The notes beneath the pieces were generated by a model, which was not told where the DNA came from, searched no databases, and saw only the letters and a program-made list of their open reading frames with translations. Shown in pieces: positions 13,838 through 26,872 of a stretch of 52,191 nt of DNA (the first letter of the stretch is position 1; each line of letters opens with the position of its first letter). The DNA comes from Octopus bimaculoides (lineage: Eukaryota): NCBI RefSeq assembly GCF_001194135.2, contig NC_068982.1, positions 51,838,002 to 51,890,192 of the forward strand. Direction: 5' to 3'. Position numbers and translations under genes: made by a program.

Positions 13838-14192
13838 TACAGAAGGATTCTGAGAACATATTGGCAAGACACATAACCAATGACATTCTAAAGAGGGCCA
13901 TCAGAAGAACCCTTAACAAAATCGCAACAGAACTAAGATTAAAACTAGCAAGTCACATACTCCATCTACCAGAACAATACCATTCTAAAACAGCTTTCAA
14001 ACAGATACCACTGGAGGGAAAAACAAAGGAAAAAAAACTGAAAACTACAAGATGCAGAACATTCATAACTGGTATGAAAAAAGCCAACAGTAAATGGACA
14101 GATGTAGAGAAAACTACAGCTAACAGAAACCAGTTGTGTTGATTTGCTGCCCAATGTGTTCAAATGAGCAGGAGGAACTGATATTAATGTTG
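13838..14192 (+). mobile_element. RTE/RTEX-like LINE C-terminal fragment flanked by a 14-bp direct repeat
   Basis: RLKLASHILHLPEQ..KTAFKQIPLEGK...KTT.CRTF..MKKA...WTDVEK..NR resembles the RTE C-terminus; attctaactcctgc at 13824-13837 and 14193-14206. Confidence 0.6.
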
Positions 14193-15131
14193 ATTCTAAC
14201 TCCTGCATGAAGAAGTAGAAATGTGGGTTGACTCGAGACTACAGACTAATGGTAGGGTGTATGTAATTTTCGAGGAATTTAGCTGCTATTGAGTGACTTC
14301 TGCGAATTTTTCTTGTTTTATATAACATGTCATTGTGATGACAATGGATATTAATCATTGAGTCATACATATAAATATATATAGGCGGGGCATGGCTGTG
14401 TGGTTAAGAGGCTCACTTTGCAACCATATGGTTTAGATTCAGTCCCTCTGCATGACACCTTGGACAAATGTCTTTTACCCTAGTTCCAGGCTGACCAATA
14501 CCTTGTGAGTAAATCTGGTAGATGGAAATGGTGTGGAGGCCCATTGTATGTGTATGTATGTATGTTTTTGTTTCTCCCTCCACATGACAACCAATGTTGG
14601 TTTGTTTTATGACCCCAACTTAGCAATTCAGCAAAAAGAGACTGATAGAATAGTACTAGACTTCAAAAATAAGCACTCTGATTGATTTGTTCAACTAAAC
14701 CACTCAAGACAATGCTCCAGCATGGCTGCAGTCCAATATGGCTGAAACAAGTAAAAAAGATCTATACAAAACATCTTCACAAGGAAGAAGAATGGCGATT
14801 GAAATTGAAAGAACATGACAGCTTGAGGGGGTTACAAGAAGTGTTCAATAACATAACCACTTACAATGTAGAGCTGTGCAGGAAGAAAGTCTGAGTTCTA
14901 AAATTGTGGCAATCAGGTTCCCTTGATAGTAATCAATAATAATTTAACACAACTCACAACAACAGAAACAAAAAGAACAGCCAGGAGTTCTGTTCTTCTT
15001 GTTACTGGCAAGACCTCAGTGCTTACTCTAGGCTAGTATGGAGGACAACATCAAAGAGTTTCTCTATCAACTACATATCTCTCTTTGGTTATGTAATATG
15101 TCAGTTACTTCTAGATCAGTCATAGTCATTT

Positions 15132-15452
15132 GAAGGTGCATGGCTAAGTGGTTAGGGTATTTAGCTCACAATCGTAAAGTTTTGAGTTCAATACCCAGTG
15201 ACACACTGTGTCCTTGAGCAAGACACTTTATTTCAAGTTGCTCCAGTCTACTCAGCTGTCAAAGATGAGTAGTACCTGTATTTCAAAGGGCCAGCTCTGT
15301 CATTTCTGTGTCACGTTGAATCTCCCTGAGAACTATGTTAGAGGTAAGCATGTCTGTGGAGTGCTCAGTCACTTGCACGTTAATTTCACAAGCAAGCTGT
15401 TTGGTTGATCGGATCAACGGAACCCTCATTCTTGTAACTGATGGAATGCCAG
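15132..15452 (+). mobile_element. tRNA-derived SINE family 3. Reverse copies at ~1005-1375, 13380-13480, 19085-19250, 42320-42580, 46000-46230
   Basis: A-box tggctaagtgg, B-box gagttcaatacc, core gtgtccttgagcaagacacttt, and shared 3' region gcacgttaatttcac.agca.gctgtt. Confidence 0.8.
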
Positions 15453-16641
15453 ATATAAGTCTTAAACAAACTGAGGACTTTCTAATGAAATTAGTGTGGC
15501 CTGCCTGGTGATGAGCCATGTCTCTTGCAGCCCACTTTTCAAAAAAGATAGCCCAGGCTGTTCTAGATAAACAGGAATGCAGACAAGCACAGCATAATGA
15601 AATCAACTCTGGACTGAAGTCAATAAAATGCTGCTAAGCTGTTTAACAAAAACAAGATCAACTTATTATTTTAGCACTAATACTAGCCATTATTCTAACT
15701 CCTGCATAAGTAAGTAGAAAGTTACTAGGCCTAAAAAAGAAAATGAAATTAATGCTTTGATAACCTGTGTAAAACTGCTCCTGGTTCTAGGGTACAAACT
15801 TCTTGTTTTAAACTGATCTAAATTAAAACCTTCCTTCAAAATTTCATGTTAAATTATGCTCAAAACACCAGCTTAATAATGACCAAATTATTTTAATAAG
15901 TTTTTCCTTATTTTCTAAATTATTTGCAATAAAGGCAGTGTATTTCAAGAGAAATATGCTAACAAAAGGGTAAATTTTTAAAGGAATGCAAGTATTGTAG
16001 AAGTAGGAACCTGAAAATATTTAACAGTATCATTGTCTAAAAGGAAAAGCATAATTCAATGGAACCAAATCCTCTATACTAAGCAAAGAGTCCTGTTGTT
16101 GTCATCATCTCTGCTCACCATGTGACTTGGGTTTTGGTGTACCCTAGTCAGTTGGTGATATGCTGACTCTGTATAAATTTCTGCTATGTAATATAATTTG
16201 TATTGTCACACGCATACACACACACACACACACACACACGATGATGATATGGTGGAGCAGCTGTAGTCTGTTGAACTAAATATAGTAAATATTTTCTACA
16301 GACCAACAATAGGATAAAATGCAATGTCGATGATGATTGGCAGGATTTGAAGTTAGTCATTAATCAATGAAATTATCTACTGTTCAGTATGTTACCATCT
16401 GTGCCAGCCTTATAGTATTAAGATAATAGTAATAATAATGGTTTCAAGTTTTGAGGCAAGGCTAGTGATTTTATGGATAGAGGGTTTGTTGCATTATTTA
16501 TATTTTTATTATTTCAGTTTACATGTTTTCAGAATAACTAAGAATTGAAGTTACTCTTTTACTTGTTTCAGTCATTTGACTGCGGCCATGCTGAAGCACT
16601 GCCGTTAAATAAAGTTTCATATATATATTTTAGAGGATTAA

Positions 16642-17083
16642 CCCTTTTGATACCAAGCCACCTGAGACCACTCTTGGTTCAATGATACAAACTTTCTCTT
16701 TTAACCCCTTAGCATTTAAACTGACCATATCCTGCCCAAATATTCTACTAGCTTTATGTTCAAACCAGTCAGATCATACCTCTCACAACTAACCTAAAAT
16801 GTCATTCTAAAGATAAGCAATCACATCATCAAAACCTCAAACCTATGAGATAATGTTTGATTAATTCAAAACAATGAATAAATAAATGTTGCATTTGACA
16901 GAATAATCTGAATGCTAAAGGGTTAAAGTGATCTAAATTAAAACTTCCCCTCATAATTTCATGCTAATTTATGTTTCAAACACCAATTTAATAATTACTA
17001 AATTATTTTACTAAATTCATAATTTTTTCAAAATTAACTGAAATAAAAACACTGCATATCAACAGAAATATGGCAACAAAGGG
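16642..17083 (+). mobile_element. piggyBac-type MITE family A carrying a nested family-B insertion. Empty or partial A copies at ~13180-13370, 15755-15975, 20745-20970
   Basis: TTAA-CCCTTTTG...CAAAGGG-TTAA termini. Confidence 0.8.
16705..16922 (+). mobile_element. piggyBac-type MITE family B. Other copies at 21273-21469 (reverse), ~23680-23786, 39340-39525, 45697-45917, 48330-48520
   Basis: TTAA-CCCCTTAGCATT...AATGCTAAAGGG-TTAA; TTAA duplicated at 16701-16704 and 16923-16926. Confidence 0.8.
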
Positions 17084-20000
17084 TTAATAATACTCATTCA
17101 TTAGTTATCATTAGTCATGTTCATGCAACCTCTTGCAAGAAGCAAATCAATTCTATTAGTTGCCCCAGTGCAGCAGAGCAAACAAACTTACTAACAGTGT
17201 ATTAACTGAAAATAATACCAAGATTTCAGAAAACAAGTGATGATATACTTTGTCGAAGATAGTTTAGTTTGAAAATCTAGACAAGTCCATATGCAAAGAG
17301 AAGAGAGCATTGATGTTATGAGCAAATCCCCTTTTTATACAGTTTTCTTTATAATGTTTATGGTGACACGTAACTCCCTATGGCATAGAATCTTTGTGAC
17401 ATTTGTGGTCTTTATTGTATATTCAATGAACTAACAATGAAGAATACAGACTTACATTAACAGTCTACAAAAGGCTTTTTAAAAAATGTGTTTTTTCTTT
17501 TACTTGTTACAGTCTTTGGACTGTGATCATGCTGGGGCACCACCTTGAGGAATTTTTAGTCAAATGAATAGACCCCAGGGCTTATTTTTCTTTTTAGGCC
17601 TAGTACTTGTTCTATTGGTTACTTTTACCAAACTGTTAAATTACAGGGTTGTAAACAGACATTAAACACACACACACAATGGGATTTTAGTTTCCATCTA
17701 CCAAATCCACTCACAAAGCTTTGGTTGGCCCAAAGCTGTAAAGGAAGACACTTGCCCAAGGTGCATGCAATGGGACTGAACCCAGAACCATGTGGTTGGG
17801 AAGCAAACTTTTTACCACACACACACAGAGTTTCACTGCATGGTATCTTGGACAAGTGTTTCTACTATAGCTCCAGGTTGACCAATGCTTTGAGAGTAGA
17901 TTTGGTAGACAGAAACTGAAAGAAGTTCATCGTGCGTGTGCATGTCCATGTGTGTGTATTTGTTTCTCCTTGTTTTGGCACCGTTTGATAGTTGTAAACA
18001 AGTGTAAACAAGCATAACTGTTAAACAAGTTTTGTCATTCATTTCCTCTTTTCCACGTATACATGTCCAGCCACAGAGAAATACTATCCTGCTTGGAAAC
18101 AAGTGAAGGTCGGAGACAGAGAGGACACTTGAGACATCTGTCTGAATAAGCTCCAGCCAAACTATGCAACCATGAAAAAGTGAACATTAAATTGACGAGG
18201 ATGATGATAATATCAAATAAATTATGTAACTGCTATAAAATGGACACTGACCAACCATAGGAGATTGCCTAAATTACATTTTGAAAGAGTATTTGTTTAT
18301 TAGTAGATAAATGAAAATATTTGCAATGAAAGACAGTTGCGTTTATTTATCACAAGATTGTAATTATTACTATATATTTTCTGCATACAAGTCACAAGAT
18401 AGTATATAGTGTAAACATTCAAACATCATCACTATCTTTTCAAATCTTACTACATTTCACATAGAACTTTTGGTCCTCCAATGTTGTCTTGGTGTATAAG
18501 TTGTCCTACATTTTTTGACCAAATTTTGGTCTGAAAAATTCAACTTGTATGACATAAAAATACAGTAGAGTCAACTTACAGAATTAGAACAGGACTTAGT
18601 AATTCAGGTTTTTTTTTTTCTAATGCAAATATAAGTTGGCTAATGAAAGAAGTTTCAATACTTATATGAATATAAAGAACACATTTAAAACTCATTCAAG
18701 TGACTACAAATATCTGTAAGATTGGCTTAAAGTTAACAGGTTTGGGAGAGGGGCTAAGTACACTGGTACTTATTTTATCAACCCCGAAAGGATGAAAGGC
18801 AAAGTCAAACTAAGCATTTCATCTGACATGCTAATGATTCTGCCAGCTTGCTACCTTACAAATATCTGTAAGATTACCAACTAATATCAGTCTCAAATCT
18901 CATAAGACCTGCTTTTCCCTTGACACTTTGCAATTGGCATTGAAACAATAACTAATCCCAAAATATTTACTCCAATCGAGATGATGTGATATTCATGCTT
19001 CTACACATTTGTATAGTTGATAAAGTGATTGTTATAATAAAGACTTGTCAATTCAGTGCACATAAAGTAAGTACTGTCATGAATCCTAGGACGCATAGGG
19101 CTGGTTACTCGGTTTTCAAGCCATATAAGTGACCAAAATCACATTTCCCCTGAACCAGTCTGTCACAAGGTTACTTAGAGCCGAGTGGACTGGAGCAACA
19201 TGAGATGAAGTGTTTTGCTCAAGAACCTAAATACACTGCTTGGCCTAATACACATAGGAGGGAAAAAATATCAAGTAGATCTTAACATAAACAACCACTG
19301 CACTGTACCCCTGGGCCACATATAGACCATTACCTGTTGTAATTTTTCTGCCTGGCAATAAACTCTGATAGTGGTTGATTACCAATAAAAAGAACATCGA
19401 CCCATATAAACCACTTCCTAAATGAGCCCTAACAAAGCTTTTATATGGTCATTTAATCTGCTAGAGATAATGACTAAATCCCTTTCATAGGCCAAATTAG
19501 CATCAAAGAAAAATGATGAGTGTTCATGTAGTTAAAGTTACACTGTATTTGAAAACGAGATGGAATGGTTACAGCTGAAATGTCTTCAGTCTACTCAATC
19601 AGGCCAACTTTCACCAAAATAATAACAAATGCTTTTAAAATATGCACATGTCCAAATCTGACAAAAAAGAAAGTTTATCTACACTAGTACAGAAAAAATT
19701 AATAGAAAATCAAACAAAAGGTTTCAGTTTAGTCATACAACTGAAGCAAAATTAATAACAAAAATAAAATGAGAAAGTTAGAACAGTATAAAAAATAGTA
19801 TGATGTTTAACTTACGCGAGTGTGAGAAATAATGATGACAGTGTAATAATAGTAGTAGTAGTGGTGGTGGTGTGGTAATGGTGGTGGTGATGTTAGTAAT
19901 GGTAGTGGTGGGAAGGAAACTAAAAATTGGACAATTTTTTAAGACAAAATTTTTTTTTTTTGTCAACAATATTTAAATGAACAAGACAGCTATACTTAAA

Positions 20001-22639
20001 TAGTAATTATAAAATATAAACAAACGAAGAAGCAAAGAAATGTTTTTGGAACAGACCCAGATTCAAACACCACTTGTAAGCTAGCAAGCTCTCCATGTAG
20101 GATTTCTTGTTGGGAGGAGACAAATCACATTTTCTGGAGACCTATTTTATTCTTTCTGACATTCATGCTATTAGAAAGTTTTAACTGCACTGACTGTGAA
20201 AATAGCACATACTTCCATGCTAAATATATATATCAACATCTAAATCCTACCTGCAATTTCACGACCATTAACTTTCACCTCAGATCTAAACTTTCCCTGC
20301 CAAAATTAGTTCATTCAAATGACCTCTTCAAAATTCCAACTCAACTTTTACCAACATTCTTTTGCTCTAATAGTTTATTATTGCCCTTATGTGGTTCCTA
20401 CCCTGCCAATCAAATAAAAGAACTATTTATAACTCCTTGTCAAACACTTGATGTCATTCAGATTCTTTTTTTATAGTGCATTCAAAATTCTATTTTCATC
20501 CAACATTGTCTATTTTATTTCATTTTCTTAGAATTGTTTTTTCTTTTACCTTATTTAGACAATTATAGCAGTGTGGTCAACTCTGTAGGATCTGATTACT
20601 AATCAAATGTTTATTTGTTGAATGGATGCTGTTAAGCCATGCACAACACAAATGGTAACTCTTCATTTTTATCATGTCATTTACAAACTGAACTAAGCAA
20701 TGGAATTTCTGAAGAATTTTACACTTTATATCTTTAACCAACACTTAACCCTTTTGTTACCAAATTTTTGTTGAAATACATTGTTTTCCTTTCAATTAAT
20801 TTTGAAATTAATGAAGAATTTAGCAAAATAACTTTATTATTGCTGGTGTTTGGAACATAGATTAGTAAGAAGAAATTGTGATGGAAAGTTTTGATTTAAT
20901 CACTTGAAAACAGTGAATTTTTATTTAGAAACAAGGGAAGTCTGAGACAGGTTTGGATCAAAAGGGTTAAAGTAAGATTCTAATTCTAAACACAAAGCAG
21001 AAACAAAGTAAAATTTTAGGATGTGCCTAATTCGATCACCTTCAAAACCAGGGCTGTAGTATATGTACACAAAAACTTTGGTTCCAACTCCTAATGGTAC
21101 AACCAACTATATTATAATGTAAATACATGGTGCTACCAACTCTGAGGTTTCTGTTTGTAAATAGACTAACTATGAATCTTACGTATATATGTTGAAAGTA
21201 CCCAACATACATACACAATACAAATTACCATGCTACATTCTAGTACCCTAACCTATTAAAGTTTATCTTTAACCCTTTAGTATTCAGATTACTCTGTCAA
21301 TGTTTATTTATTCACATCTTTTAAAATTAATGATTAATGATTTCAATGATGTGGTTGTTTGTTTTTAGAATGACATGGCAGAGTAGGTGTGAGATGCTGG
21401 AACCAGCCAGTTTGAACATAAAACAGGTAAAATATTTGGCCAGATATGGCTGGTTTAAATAGTAAAGGGTTAAAGACCATAGTTCTACCATTGTGGTTAT
21501 TTTATACTATTTATGAAAGAAGTTAAACTTAAGTATAAGACAAAACTTGTGAAACTAAAAAAAAAAACTGCTTTTATCAAAAGACTATAAATTAAAAGGA
21601 TATGAACAAAAAGACATCAAAATCAAAACCAAATGATTGAGTACATAAAACAACTTAACAATTGGTCACTTTCAAAGAAATAAACTCAATAAGATACATA
21701 ACCCTTCTTTTTGAGGTTGAAAGAATTACTTCTAACAAATCTTCTTTCATAGAACGCCTTGGATCTTGATTATTTTTGATATGAAAGAGTAGTCAAATTA
21801 GTATTGGTGAAGTAGGAAAATTTCATTATACTACAATTTACATTTTGTCGGTTAGAGTCAATAATTTTTAGTTTTTCAGTAGAGATATACTATTATTGAA
21901 TGAGGCTAGGTAGAAGAGACTGTTTGGATTAAAATTAGCATATAGTAGTGAGCATCAGGGACAAAAATTAACTAATGGGAGATCCAACGTTGCATATAGG
22001 ACCCAGAGACTTTGGGGGTGGAGGGCGGGGGAAGGGTGTCTTATATATCATCAGATATGGTAAATATCGTCTAATAAACTTCTTGCCATATTTAAAATTA
22101 GGGCTACAATCCCACACCAAAGACAAGATGATTATGATTAGAAACAGTGCTCTGGTGTTAGTGTATAAAATTTTTGAACTTCTTGTCTTCATCACACAAA
22201 CACACAAAACAGGCATTGTCAGTTTCTATCTACCAAATTCATTCACAAGGCTTTGGTCAGCCCAATAGAGGACACTTGCTCAAGGTACCACACAGGTGAA
22301 CTGAAACCAGAACCATATGGTTGGGAAGCAAACATCTTACCACACAGCCACACTTATACTTACTTATGGATTGCAGATATATATATATATTTATATATAT
22401 ATATATTTATATATATATATATACTCTAGTACATGAGAACTGTAATATATTTTATGCAGAAACTCATTTAGGAAATATATGCATATAGGATATGTAATGA
22501 TATTTATATGTGTATGGAATGCTGGCCTAGCAATATGTGAGATGTTGTGAAACAAGGTCTGCACCAAATGTATGGCATATATGTCAAGTCGATGATTTAT
22601 TAAATACCAGTTTCAGTTTATTTCTTTTAAAATGTCATC

Positions 22640-23677
22640 ATTTTTGACAGCATAAATATACTACTTTGAGACCAAGTCAGTAGCGGGGGTGGGTGCGCTG
22701 AAAGTGTAGCTGCTAGAATAAGAATAGCCTGGGCAAAGTTCAGAGAGCTCTTACCTCTGCTGGTGACAAAGGGCCTCTCACTCAGAGTAAAAGGTAGACT
22801 GTGTACGAACAGCCATGCTACATGGCAGTGAAACATGGGCCTTGACTGCTGAGGACATGCATAAACTTGCAAGGAATGAAGCCAGTATGCTCCGTTGGAT
22901 GTGTAATGTCAGTGTGCATACTCAACAGAGTGTAAGTACCTTAAGAGAAAAGTTGGACCTAAGAAGCATCAGTTGTGGTGTGCAAGAGAAACGACTGCAC
23001 TGGTATGCTCATGCAGTGAGAATGGATGAGGATAGCTGTGTGAAAAAGTGCCACAACCTAGCGGTTGAGGGAACCTGTGGAAGAGGTAAACCCAGGAAGA
23101 CATGGGATGAGGTGGTGAAGCACAACCTTCAAACATTAGGCCTCACCGAGGCAATGACTAGTGACCGAGACCTTTGGAAATATGCAGTGCTTGAGAAGAC
23201 CCGGCAAGCCAAGTGAGACCATAACTCGTGGCCTATGCCAGGGATGTAACCAGCCCACTTATGTGCACCTTTCCTTCATTGGACACTAAATTCTGCTTGC
23301 GAAGACCTGTTGAGGTAAGTGAAATCAAAATCAAATCAAATTTGCAAATTTGATGACTGGCACCTGTGGCAGTGGAGCATCAAAAAACATTCGAGTGAGG
23401 TCGTTGCCAGTGCTGCTGGACTGGCTCCTGTGCAGGTAGCACATAAAAAACACCACTTGAGCATGGCCATTGCCAGTACCGCCTGACTGGCCCGCGTGCA
23501 GGTGGCACGTAAAAGCACCCATTACACTCTTGGAGTGGTTGGCATTAGGAAGGGCATCCAGCTGTAGAAACTCAGCCAGATCAGATTGGAGCCTGGTGCA
23601 GCCATCTGGTTCGCCAGTCCTCAGTCAAATCGTCCAACCCATGCTAGCATGGAAAGCGGACGTTAAACGATGATGAT
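22640..23677 (+). mobile_element. 5'-truncated RTE LINE: RT C-terminus, 3' UTR and (GAT)n tail
   Basis: ARIRIAWAKFRELLPLL..., MLHGSETWALTAEDM...RLHWYAHAVRMDEDSCVKKC...GRGKPRKTWDEVV; ends ...gacgttaaacgatgatgat. Confidence 0.9.
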
Positions 23678-24884
23678 CTTTTAGTATTTAAGCCAGCCAT
23701 ATCCAACCCAAATATACCTGCTTTAATTCAAAATAATGTGAATAAATATGCATTACATTTAACAGTAATCTGAATGCTAAAGGGTTAAACCATTATCTTA
23801 CAGCCCTGCTGATTTACTATTACTTTATTTGCTAGTTTGTTTCCTGTAGTAGTGTATTTGTAGAATCCTCCTGTCAACACTCCTCAATTAAGCTGGCTCT
23901 ACAAACAGCACCCTTACTCAAAAAGACTCCACAATTTTTGCTTTCAACTTCACAATGAATGAGGCAATGAAGGAATCTCTACATAAGAAATGGAAACTAA
24001 ATTTGTCTCAAGTCCTATAAAATCACCATTGAAAAAATAGAGCACATTGGATAATGTAGTCCTGGATGTCTGGAATGCCTTTAATTATAATGAGGTAAAA
24101 TAACTACATATTAAATCTTCTGAACCCTCTCTATTTCCTCTTTCTTACTATGACATGCACACCTGTACAAATACTCCTCCATTCACTTGAAACCAGTTAG
24201 GTAACCAGTCCACCATCAACCCTCCTATTTTCAATCACAAATCCTTTTAGTTACCTCATAATATGCAGGGACACAGTAAACCTATTCTAAAACCAGGACA
24301 TATGTATTAATAAGGTATTTTTTAAAATAACTAAATTTATTTAAAACTCATGTTTTAGAGAAGAACATATCTATCTGAAACCATAGAAATCTCTTTGATA
24401 CATACAGGTTTGTCACTTGCAACCTTCCTGCATTATATGGGAATTTCCAGTATTCACAATCCCTTCATGTATTCATATATTTTACCAAAAATTCCTACAC
24501 TTTAAAAATTCTTTCACATTTATGATATTTTATTCTGTTTCACTTTGTTCCTTGTACTGCCAGCAGCACTTTGAGTTAGACTGCCTTTTGGCCCTTCTAA
24601 ATCATGTAAAAAAAAAAAGGTTTGGTTTAACAAGGCCCACTTTTTTAATGTATAACCAATCATGTTGTGTATACAAATGAAGTCAAAACCCTATTAGTCA
24701 TGTGATATACAATAGAACAATGGGTGGGTCCTTGGCAGCAAGACAACATAGATTAGCATTCTCAAAACCTGCGCCAAACAAATCTGATATGAAATTCAAT
24801 CCCAAGTGGACAAAGGAATGGAACTTTATTCAAAATGTGCTGCTTGCAGCATGAAGATCCTTTGTAAGATATTTTTGAAAAATA

Positions 24885-24987
24885 TATAGATGTTTTCGAT
24901 CTAGTTTGGATTCTTTGCCATCAAATTTGATTGCAAACAATTCAAATTTGATGGCAAAGAATCCAAACTAGATCGAAAACATCTATA
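24885..24987. repeat. Perfect inverted repeat with 46-bp arms and an 11-nt loop
   Basis: 24885-24930 is the exact reverse complement of 24942-24987. Confidence 0.95.
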
Positions 24988-26072
24988 AGACTATGAGCGT
25001 CGGGGTAGAAAGGACGTCGTTTGCCACATCTTCTTGAAGATGTAACCAAAGAAATGCTGCTCCAGAAGATTATGCCGACTTTTTCTTGTTACACTAGTTA
25101 GGCAGATTAAGTAAAATACAGTAACAGTTAACATTTGTTCATATGAAAGATCTAATGGCAGCTTCAGCTAGATCATTTGAGCCATCAATCAACTGATATA
25201 TTTCTGAACAGCATCCAGCTGTAGAAACCATGCCAAATCAGACTAGAATCTGGTGCAGCCCCTCAGCTTGCCAGACTTGGTCAAACTGTCCAACCCATGC
25301 CAGCATGGACAACGGATGTTACATGACGATGATGATACACACATATATATATAATGATAAACACAAGTTTATATCACTCATTCCTGTTCCAAGCATAACT
25401 GGATGCTAACTCAGCAATACCAGTTCTACATATAATTGTATACACAAGATATATCATGTATGTATGTGTGTGTGAATGTGTGTGTGTATATATATATATA
25501 TATTAGGTTTGGAGGTGACGTACACGTATTATATATTAGAAAAAATAATAAGGTACTCAGCGATCTGGATGGTTGTACATTTACAGATTTTTATTTGTCA
25601 CTTTTTTATAAATCATATATTAGTGCTTGAATCTACTCTAATAGATTCTTCATACACACATACACAATAAAATCTGCAATTTCCTTTGTATCAAGCTAGT
25701 TCCTGTGTACAGTGCATACCTCTAATTTTGAGGTTTAAAAACCTGGTAAAACAAAATTGTGTATTGTACACAAATACAGTAATATACAAACCCACTCAAA
25801 AGTAACTAAAGGCTATAAAACACCTATTGCAATTTACGATAATTTTTTCAAGCATTTACAACTATTTTTATTCAAGTTGACACCCTACACTCATAACAGC
25901 TCTAACATTACTCATGTTTTGCAATATATCAAATTGCTTTTTGACAAGACAAATTATGACTTGTCTCCTTCAACCGTAAAGTTGAACTTTTATTCTAGCT
26001 CAAACCTTCAGAAAGTGAAAACTTATGCTGGATGTCTTTGCAGAGAATGTTCATACATTCTAATGAAATATC

Positions 26073-26273
26073 TATTGTATTTTCCAGCACAGAAGTCAAA
26101 TTTTCAGAAAAGAATTTACAGCCCCCAAAAAGGAAGATCGATTTATACACTAAGACAACTTCAGGAAACCAAAATTTCCTTGTGAAATGCAGAAGGATTT
26201 GGAAATATAGTAATAATGTTTGAATGTTTACCGTACACACTATACGTCAACTTTTATGCCAGGAGATACAGTA
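26073..26273 (+). mobile_element. ~200-bp TACTGTA...TACAGTA MITE. Other copies at ~5538-5650, 11795-11955, 18368-18567, 37885-38062
   Basis: Imperfect ~28-bp TIRs; the internal core ccaagacaact..gga.accaaaa is shared by five copies in both orientations. Confidence 0.65.
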
Positions 26274-26825
26274 TCAAACGTCTAAACTAAAAATAATTGC
26301 ATAAAAATATAACCTTGTTTACATAGCTTTTTGACTACATATCAACGACAATATTACATTTTGGGTCTCTGAGAGAGGTCAACTAAACAACAGCTTTGAT
26401 TAATTGCCTGACATGAGTTTTTGTTATGATCAATAATTTTTTTATTAACTTTTATGTTTACAATATTCAGTTTAAGTTGCAAATATCATATCTTACTCCT
26501 AGACATTATTTTACTTAGTCGTTGAACTACAGTTACGTTGGTGCACAGCTTTCAAGAGTTTTAGTTGATCGTATCAACCCCATACTCATTTCTTATTATG
26601 TAGATGAAAGGCATAAGAAAAGTGATTACCACAGACTTCAGAAGTGATACACAATAGTGAAGATGAGAAGATGGCTAAGCTCAGGTGTGACAGTGTGGAA
26701 AAAAGCTTGTTTCCCAACCACATGGTTCTGTCTGGGTTCAGTCACCACGTGACTTCTACTATAGCCTCGGGCCTACTAAAGCCTTCTGAGTGGATCCGGT
26801 AGAGGAGAACTGGAAGAAACCCGTC

Positions 26826-26872
<47 letters not shown>

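Noticed and set aside
15132-15210. tRNA-like A/B boxes in SINE heads
   Set aside because: No complete cloverleaf; each continues into SINE body, so no tRNA genes are called.
17192-17205. 14-nt micro-exon candidate (ttttcag|...|gtaagt) on the minus strand
   Set aside because: Not frame-preserving and expected by chance; no supporting evidence.
20040-24700. Faint RT motifs (KFRSEVKVNG at ~20280; WFQVNGGV at ~24190, minus strand)
   Set aside because: Too decayed to define boundaries or clade; probably old LINE debris.
25757-26240. Overlapping ORFs of 142, 81 and 63 aa
   Set aside because: They largely overlap a multi-copy ~200-bp MITE and AT-rich flank.
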